A DNA stretch of 64,000 nt, from NCBI GenBank assembly GCA_964106915.2, contig OZ066917.1. One strand, written 5' to 3'. The notes beneath the pieces were generated by a model. The model had not been told where the DNA came from and did not search any database. It saw only the letters and a list, made by a program, of their open reading frames with translations. Shown one piece after another: positions 56,501 to 64,000 of the stretch. Positions within the stretch are counted from its first letter, which is position 1; the number at the start of each line of letters is the position of its first letter. Position numbers and translations under genes: made by a program. Source of the DNA: Podarcis gaigeae. Lineage: Eukaryota.

Positions 56501-57039
56501 GAGAATTTGCTTGGCCTGTTAATGTGAATGAAAAATGCATTCAGATGGACTCCAATAAATGATGTGTGGTATATTACAGAGACACTTTCCCAGAGGTATC
56601 CAGGTCATGGAATAAAAATACATTTATAGGAAACTACCCATTGAAAATGGCCAGTTACATTGTTTAGCCAGAGACTGAAGCTCCTATCATTCACAGCTGT
56701 AATTTACTAAACCAGATTTATGCCCACAGTGAGGATGTATATCTATGTGTGTATATACACATAACTGCATTTGGTAATGTAGGGTGCATTTTGTTGTGTA
56801 TGTCATAAGCCACACTGAAAAGACTTTCTCTTTAAAAGTAGGTTATAAATCTATTATATAAGTGCACAAGGAGGGAAGAAAAACCCTCACAAATTCAGGA
56901 CAATGAATAAGGAACTAAAGAGTTATTAAGGATTAGAATATCATGGTGCCAAGTTTCTGAAATGCAGTCTAGAACTGGAATATGTGATATGTGCACTAGC
57001 CACTAACTGGATTTTTTCTGTGCTCTCCCACAAAATTTC

Positions 57040-57046
57040 TGTGTGT

Positions 57047-57080
<34 letters not shown>
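57040..57080. repeat. (TG)n(AC)n microsatellite
   Basis: Directly visible in the sequence. Confidence 0.95.
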
Positions 57081-57083
<3 letters not shown>

Positions 57084-57274
57084 TGCTAATAGCAGTTGTT
57101 TAATAAAAATAGCTATCCTATCAGATAGGATATCATTTCACAACAAGCAGCTTTGCCTTTGGAGCAAGAATATTGGGCTAACTTGAATTAAACAAGAATT
57201 CATAGATACCACCACAGTCTGAGCTGACCAAAGAAGCACCTTTATCAGGCTCAGGGAACAAATGGAATGCCTTT

Positions 57275-57430
57275 TAACCACGCTACTCTGGTTTGCCAGA
57301 AGCAGCTTAGTCATGCTGGCCATATGATCCGGAAGCTGTACGCCGGCTCCCTCGGCCAATAAAGCGAGATGAGCGCCGCAAGCCCAGAGTCGTCCGTGAC
57401 TAGACCTAATGGTCAGGGGTCCCTTTACTT
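57275..57430 (+). mobile_element. Sauria SINE, 5'-truncated copy 6
   Basis: 3' half only (...CTAATGGTCAGGGGTCCCTTTAC), in the reverse orientation to copies 1-5. Confidence 0.85.
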
Positions 57431-57599
57431 TAATCCAAACGAAGCATAATTTTTAAATTTCAGGACATGTAAGAAGAGCTAGTAATTCACAATGAAGGTG
57501 AAGGAACTAGGTGCTTAAATATTATTATATTATATTATATTTACATTTATATTATATACGTAATTGAATTTAAGTCCAGTGGTTAATGAACATAACAAG

Positions 57600-58250
57600 C
57601 AGCCATTGTGCACATTTCCCCAGGCCTCCTGGATAATGTGCACATAATCTGTCCATGAAGGGGAAGTTTGCACATTTTCCCAACCAGCCATCAAGAACGT
57701 GCATATATTGAGAGAATTATGTACATTCTCAGGTCATTGTGCATAATCTCCAACAGACCTTGGGATATTTGCATATCTCATTTGAATTTTATATGTCCTC
57801 CAGCCATTGTACAGAATCTCTTATCACGTCTTGGGAAATGCCCTTTTCTTACCTGTGTTTTGTACATCCTTCTGGTAATAGTCACATTCTCAGGCCATTA
57901 TTCCATCTCCAAGAAACATGCCTTCCTCCCTCAGCATCTCTAGTTCAGATTTGTGCAATCTTTACACACAGAGAGAGAGCTGGGCTGCTTCTGTCCCACA
58001 GTGTGATATTCCAGGGGCCACAACATACCTCGCCACTTATCAGCAGGAGAAAGGGGGGAAACTTCTTTCTGCAGTCCTGCTTCTTTTTCAGAACTCTTAG
58101 CTGTTCCCCAGTCAGCTGATCAGCACAAGGGGAAATGCACCTTCTCCATGGCCTGTTTGGTATTGACAGGAAATGTGCACACTTCTCTCTTCATGGATAA
58201 ATGATGTGCACATTCTCCATGAGGCCTGGGGAATGTGCACAATGATTGAT
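57600..58250. repeat. Foldback-type element with about 90-bp inverted arms and a 30-bp periodic TGTGCACAT motif
   Basis: 57600-57690 aligns to the reverse complement of 58155-58250. Motifs at 57607, 57637, 57667, 57698 and 58173, 58204, 58233. Confidence 0.8.
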
Positions 58251-59401
58251 TGTTCTACACACTGACTGCTCAATTTCTCCTTAACGTATAAACACACATG
58301 CTTAATAATTTATTTTTAAAAATGTATGTATCTACCACCCACTCACAGAAAACATCAAGACGGAGTAGAACTCTATATGCAAAAACCATAAAACATAAGC
58401 TACGTAAGAACAATACAAAGTGATCATAAAAATGAGTGCCTCATCTTGAAAAAGATGGGAACAACTTGAATAGGCCTGTCAGGATAACATATAATCAAAA
58501 GACAACTGAAAGTTAGCAGCAAGGGTGCCTGCCAACCTCTGCTGAAATATATTTATATTTATAAATATGAAACAACTCAAGGACCTGCTTGCACTGTGGG
58601 GAGAAGGAGGAGAAGTTACCACGTAATATGAAAAGTGTGTCAGCAGGAGTTCCCCATAGAACCACCGTATGATCCAATCAGGGAGAGTGTCAAGCTGTCA
58701 CTTGTTTCCCGCACTGAGGGACCAGCTCCAAGCTGTCTCACCATGCAATTTTATGGGGTGATTGTGACATTGATACGCAATTATCCGAAAAGAGGGGCAC
58801 TGTTTGAAAGCACCCTAATAGAGCTTATTGCACACACCCCTGACGGTTCCCTTAAGTACAGTGACAGAATCTCAACCAAGAAGTTTGCCCTGTTCATTGT
58901 CATTCTCCCTCCCTCTTTTTGGGATGACAAGTTAGATAGTTATCCGCCTGGCAGGAAAATGGGTCAGATCGTCTTCATTATTCATTGCCAATGGGCGTGT
59001 AATAACAAGCCACCACAGGATGCCTTGCTGATCAACTGATTGACCTGTAACCTTTGCCTATCTCTGTGCTTGGTGCATCTTGCCAGGTCCTTTTGCTGAT
59101 TGTCCTGATGAATTTTCAGGAAGACCATTCATGTGACAATTTTTCACCTAAACCACCACTGATACATAGGCCCAGATTTGCTTTCAGCTGGGGGATTCTG
59201 GTAGCCTATCTGATTCTACCAGGTGCCTTTGTAAATCATTAATTCTTGGCAATTATCACATTAACAGCAGGTAATGACCTTCAAGTAAGCCAGCTGGCAG
59301 ATCTTAAAGTGCGCTTGATGACCAGTCTCAGTTTCAAAGAGTTCAGAAGATCAGTTTTCTCCCCCAGCTGTAGGGGTGAAATGGTGACTGCAACAAAAGG
59401 G

Positions 59402-59403
<2 letters not shown>

Positions 59404-59451
<48 letters not shown>

Positions 59452-59474
59452 CTGTGTGTGTCTGTGTGTGTGTG
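59404..59474. repeat. (CT)n(GT)n microsatellite
   Basis: Directly visible in the sequence. Confidence 0.95.
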
Positions 59475-60014
59475 TTTTGCTCTCCCCTGTACACATACAT
59501 TCACATATACAAGCACATCTGGGAACCACATATATATAGAAGTGCTAGCTAAAAAAGAAAAACAGCAGAAGCAATACGGGAAGAGGCAGCATCTAAGTGT
59601 GCCTTCATGTTGTTCTAATGGTTTTCAGAAAGGCATGTGTTGTATATAGGTTATCTTTAAAGTCCTTGATTTCAAGAAGGGTAAGAATTAATTGCATGTT
59701 AATAAACAAGCCCATATTTTGACAGACTTAGAAATTAGTAAATGCAGAGGTGTAGGAACCGTTCTTTGGATTATTAAAATGGTTTAAGTTGGTTTAGATA
59801 CTAGCTATAGACAGGTTGTCATCCATTTGTCTCAAGAAACAATGAAGTGTCCCTCCAGGGCAGGGAGTAAAACCGTTATGTTAGTAGAACCAAAGTGACC
59901 TCCCCTGGGCAGTGTGTATAGAAGTGCTGGGCTGCGCAGATGACAAGATCCCCATCTTTGCCTCTATGATGTGGTCCAAAGGAAAGGAAAGCAATACATT
60001 TGGCACCAGCTTGG

Positions 60015-60150
60015 NNNNNNNNNNNNNNNNNNNNNNNNNNNNNNNNNNNNNNNNNNNNNNNNNNNNNNNNNNNNNNNNNNNNNNNNNNNNNNNNNNNNNN
60101 NNNNNNNNNNNNNNNNNNNNNNNNNNNNNNNNNNNNNNNNNNNNNNNNNC
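60015..60150. other. Assembly gap (136 N)
   Basis: Run of N inside nested repeats. Confidence 1.
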
Positions 60151-60371
60151 CGCTTTATCACTACCCGAAGGAGTCTCAAAGCGGCTAACATTCTCCTTTC
60201 CCTTCCTCCCCCACAACAAACACTCTGTGAGGTGAGTGAGGCTGAGAAACTTCAGAGAAGTGTGACTGGCCCAAGGTCACCCAGCAGCTGCATGTGGAGG
60301 AGCGGGGAAGCGAACCCGGTTCCCCAGATTACGAGACTACCGCTCTTAACCACTACACCACACTGGCTCTC
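60151..60371 (-). mobile_element. tRNA-derived SINE (Squam3-like); 3' end runs into the assembly gap
   Basis: Minus-strand head GAGAGCCAGTGTGGTGTAGTGGTTAAGAGC...GGGTTCG with A/B boxes and a CORE-like GTGACCTTGGGCCAGTCAC segment. A second copy sits at 63858. Confidence 0.75.
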
Positions 60372-60436
60372 TGGCATACAAGGTGCCATCCAACCATCTT
60401 AGGGACTCCACTTCATATTTGTTGAGGTTTTACTCC

Positions 60437-60765
60437 ACTCGGGTGGTGCTGTGATCTAAACCACAGAGCCTAGGGCTTGCCAGTCAGAAGGTCGGTGGTT
60501 CGAATCCCCGCGATGGGGTGAGCTCCCGTTGCTCGGTCCCAGCTCTTGCCAACCTAGCAGTTCAAAAACATGTCAAAGTGCAAGTAGGGAAGGTAAACAG
60601 CGTTTCCGTGCACTGCTCTGGTTCGCCAGAAGCAGCTTAGTCATGCTGGCCACATGACCCGGAAACTGTATGCCGGCTCCCTCGGCCAGTAAAGCGAGAT
60701 GAGTGCTGCAACCCCAGAGTTGTCCATGACTGGACCTAATGGTCAGGGGTCCCTTTACCTTTACC
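60437..60765 (+). mobile_element. Sauria SINE, copy 7
   Basis: Head with B box GGTTCGAATCC, (ACCTTT)n tail, and TSD TTTACTCC at 60429-60436 and 60766-60773. Confidence 0.9.
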
Positions 60766-60854
60766 TTTACTCCTTAGCCTTTTCTTCTGAAGATATCCTG
60801 CAAGGCAGTAGAGGTTCAGGATCCGAGCTTTCCTTCTCCTAGATGGACCACATG

Positions 60855-61172
60855 ACCTTAGAGTGGTGCTGTGCAATGCCAGCTCAATGACCAATAAGAC
60901 CAGTATCATCAATGACATAATCATGGGTGGAGGAATTGACCTGGCATGTGTAACAGAGACGTAGTTGGACACAATAGCTGGGCCTGTTCTTGCCACTGCT
61001 TGTTCACTGCTTCTCTTACACACCACAGCCTAGTTTTGCAGTGATTTTTAAAGAAGTCCTAGTTTTCACCAGGTGTCCTATTAGGGAGACCCAACCTTCT
61101 GAATGTATGTTCTGGAAGCTGGGCAATAGGGGCAGTGCAGGATTCCTATTGAGGTACCGACCTCCCTGCCCT
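60855..61172 (+). mobile_element. L2 LINE endonuclease (APE) fragment
   Basis: LRVVLCNASSMTNKTSIINDIIMGGGIDLACVTET*LD and ECMFWKLGNRGSAGFLLRYRPPC match the APE motifs N-x-S...D-x-x-x-x-TETW and YRPP. Confidence 0.8.
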
Positions 61173-61307
61173 CCCTACCGACCAAGCATTCCCTGCCCAA
61201 GCTGCTTCAGGTCATGTCAGATGAACCACTTGAAAATTGCTGAAAATTGCACTGAGTGGTTTTTCTGCTTATAGCAACTGCAATGCTCTGTGCTAGATGT
61301 TGTGTAC

Positions 61308-61446
61308 TTTTTAATTGTGTTCTTATTGCTTTTTTTATTTCTTATATATTGTATTTTATTACAATTTGAATTCCATGGAATTCAAATTGTAATACAATAA
61401 AATACAATGTAAGGAATAAATGAAGCGATAAAAACACAGTTAAAAA
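61308..61446. repeat. AT-rich palindrome with a perfect 38-bp loopless core
   Basis: TATTACAATTTGAATTCCA|TGGAATTCAAATTGTAATA at 61357-61394, with imperfect arms extending about 50 bp each side. Confidence 0.9.
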
Positions 61447-62859
61447 TCAGTATGAATGTTTAATGCGATGGATGTTCTGCTTCCTCTCTCCAGCCACATA
61501 TCTGCAGAAATGCCACAGAGTTCCTGAATGAAGTGCACACACCACAGCTTGGGAACCCCTGATTTAAATTATGTCATAATGGGGCATATGGGCTGTCTCA
61601 TTAACAAAAGGGCCCTCTAGGAAAGGAAGTATCTAGCTTACCTAGGGAGAGGAATCTGTAAAGTAAGATTGGACTCGTGGTGAAGACATGAATGGGAATT
61701 TTCATGACATGAAAGTGAAATGGGAAGGTAACAATAGCTGTGGAAAAGCTGTGGTAAGTGACATGCAGTGGGATCATTTTCCTAACTTAAATTTAGAAGG
61801 GAAAAAAGGTCTAATGGTACACTATTGGGGCATGTGCTATTCTACATGTTTGATAATGCATTAAATTTTATTGAAACAAATGCATGTAAACACAGTATAT
61901 CTGCAAAGCAAAACTACTGAAAAAGGAGATTCAACAGATGTGAAGAAAAATTACTCTCATTAATGTGCACGTCACAGATGTGAAACTTTTCTAACTACGT
62001 TCTAGTGCCTGCATGTAACACTAAAGCATAGATTAGTACTACATATGAACCAATGTAATGAAGTGAGGAATCCTAGCAGAGTTTCCTCAGATGTTGGGGG
62101 GGGGGCAAGGAAATAACAATGATTAATTGCCCATTATTTCTTCTGAGACCATGGGATATTTTGCACTGGTCTACCTTAGAGCTGTCCACAACTAGGATTG
62201 GGTTTGGGTTTTTTACTTCTATCAGATGGGTTTGGAAAGGTCATTCTGTCGTAAACAGAATACGGCTATTCTGTGGACAAGGAATGGTGCTCTCATTCAA
62301 TAAAATGTTTGAAGGGGTTAAATGTGTCATCATCCTAGAGAGAATTTTTGGCATGATGGTCTTTTACAGAGCCAGAAAGGAAGATCAGGAATTCATACAG
62401 AGGCATTTGCATCTGAGATGGAGTAATATAAACCCTCAGGATATTGGCAGGTCTTTCTCTGCTGTAGAGGATACTGTCCCTTCCTTTATTGGAAAGCTCT
62501 TATAGCCAAGTTGCTACAAGGTTATCGCAGCTCCCTCTCTGGAAGTGGAGGGGTCTCCGCTTTCATTTCATAGGGAGAAGGCTGAAACGCGTTCTGCTTC
62601 ATGAGGCAGCTTTCCATTGGAAGATTTGCTCTAAGGCATGTTCATGAAATGATCCACTGGATGCTGCAAAGCTGAAAACAAAGAGGAGGACGCATCTGCA
62701 ATTACACATATAAATGTGTAAGTAACGAAATGGAGATTATCTCCGTTTCCATGGCAATCATTCTCTCAAAACAGCTGGATTGGCAGTTAAGAGGAATAGC
62801 TCCGAAAACTTAGGAAATAAAGGTCTTGTAATTGCATGAACTGATAAATAAGAAAAAGA

Positions 62860-63205
62860 CATAGAGTTGCAGAGTTGAAAGAGATCTCAGGAGGTCATCC
62901 AGTCCAGCCCTCTGCTCAGTGCAAAAATCTGCAAATCATGATGCAACTACACCATCCCTGGCAGGCGGCCATCCAGCCTCTGATTCAACACCTCCAGCAA
63001 AGAAAAGCCCAACCCCTCCCAAGGCAAATCTGTTCCAGTGTCAAATAACCCTTACTGTCAGGAAGCTTCTCCTAATGTTCCAGCAAAATCTGCTTCCCTG
63101 TCGTTTCCACCCATTGGTTCTCGTCCTGCTCTCTGTGGCAAGATAGGACAAGTCTGCTCCATCATCTACAGATATCTGAAGGCAGCTGTGAGGTCTCCGC
63201 ATTGT
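62860..63205 (-). mobile_element. CR1 3' fragment, minus strand
   Basis: Reverse complement of the CR1 3' motifs seen at 26060 and 50400 (CTTACTGTCAGGAAG, GGCCATCCAGCCTCTG). Confidence 0.75.
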
Positions 63206-63409
63206 CTTCTCTTCTTTTCGTGCCCACGCCTCAGGCCCATATGCAGATTGCTCCATGTCATATTCAGATTCTGTGCCCCTGTCCTGTCACAAGCTAGGCC
63301 ATGTGGCTTGACATTGACATTCATACACCCAGAAAGACAAGCCTAAAGTCCTCTACAAGCTCCTGGGCAGGTTGAATGTATTCCTCTGATTTCCTTCAAG
63401 ATATTACAA

Positions 63410-63545
63410 CAGGCTTCCTCAACCTTGGCCCTCCAGATGTTTTGAGACTACAGCTCCCATCATCCCTGACCACTGGTCCTGCTAGCTAGGGATCATGGGA
63501 GTTGTAGGCCAAAAACATCTGGAGGGCCAAGGCTGAGGAAGCCTG
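63410..63545. mobile_element. hAT-type palindromic MITE, same family
   Basis: CAGGCTTCCTCAACCTTGGCCCTCCAGATGTTT...AAACATCTGGAGGGCCAAGGCTGAGGAAGCCTG, with a degenerate 8-bp TSD (TATTACAA / TGTTACAG). Confidence 0.85.
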
Positions 63546-63857
63546 TGTTACAGTGTGCTCAAATAACTTTTTTTAAAAAAAGCAAAACATCCAGAAACAC
63601 ATGGTCTAGTCTATATAAGCTGATTTTACCTAGTGTGCCCCTGAAAAGAAACCAGCAGCGTGTTTCTGTGACTCTGCTAACATTATTTCCTAACAAGTAG
63701 AGAATGATTCTACAGTAACAGAAAATAATCCCCCCAAAAGGAAGTCTGCCTGTTGTGAAAGCAGCCCATGCTGCCTTATGTGATATTGAACTCCGCCATT
63801 AGTTAGCCCTGTTTGTTTGTTTGTTTGTTTGTTTGGTGATTGTGGTTCCCGTGATCA

Positions 63858-63985
63858 AGAAGAGAAGAGTTTGGATTTGATATCCTGCTTTATCACTACC
63901 CAAAAGAGTCTCAAAGCAGCTAACATTCTCTTTTCCCTTCCTTCCCCACAACAAACACTCTGTGGGGTGAGTAGGGCTGAGAGAT
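63858..63985 (-). mobile_element. Squam3-like SINE, 3' fragment
   Basis: Matches 60151-60250 and adds the tail GATATCAAATCCAAACTCTTCT. Confidence 0.75.
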
Positions 63986-64000
63986 ACAACAAATGCAATA

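Larger units (their letters stand above)
59815..60847 (-). mobile_element. RTE-like element split by two SINEs and the gap
   Basis: Segments 59815-60014, 60372-60436 and 60766-60847 match consecutive parts of 40150-40510 in reverse complement. Confidence 0.65.

Noticed and set aside
57600-58250. CRISPR-like reading of the motif-spacer array
   Set aside because: The repeats are only about 9 bp, degenerate and arranged as inverted arms, in a vertebrate genome with no cas genes.
58635-59039. 134-aa plus-strand ORF
   Set aside because: Non-ATG start, no recognisable domain and no exon context.
60736-61026. Minus ORF with a hydrophobic stretch, considered as a TM exon of a neighbouring gene such as CD2
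   Set aside because: It is the antisense reading of the L2 endonuclease fragment and runs into the RTE-like and SINE sequence.

Overview
Vertebrate genomic DNA, inferred to be from a squamate (probably a lacertid lizard) because of its Sauria-type SINEs. The only protein-coding gene I can support is PTGFRN (CD9P-1/EWI-F) on the minus strand. Its CpG island and signal-peptide exon 1 lie at about 45 kb. A 26.4-kb first intron follows, then four phase-1 exons, each encoding one V-type Ig domain (18607-18230, 17618-17199, 15883-15500, 11578-11153). The remaining exons (Ig5, Ig6, TM, tail) are not visible and should lie left of position 1. The rest of the window is intronic or intergenic DNA rich in transposons: 7 Sauria SINEs, 2 tRNA-derived Squam3-like SINEs, Tc1/mariner-type and hAT-type MITEs, CR1 and L2 LINE relics, and an RTE-like non-autonomous element. 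There are also microsatellites, local duplications and a 136-N assembly gap. I found no convincing new biological system. The best leads are an unclassified foldback element with a 30-bp periodic GTGCAC array, a SINE inserted into another SINE's target-site duplication (a possible Pol III dimer), a nested transposon stack at the gap, a motif-dense candidate enhancer at about 59 kb, and splice-site ambiguities in PTGFRN. Repeat family names come from recognition by eye, not database searches.
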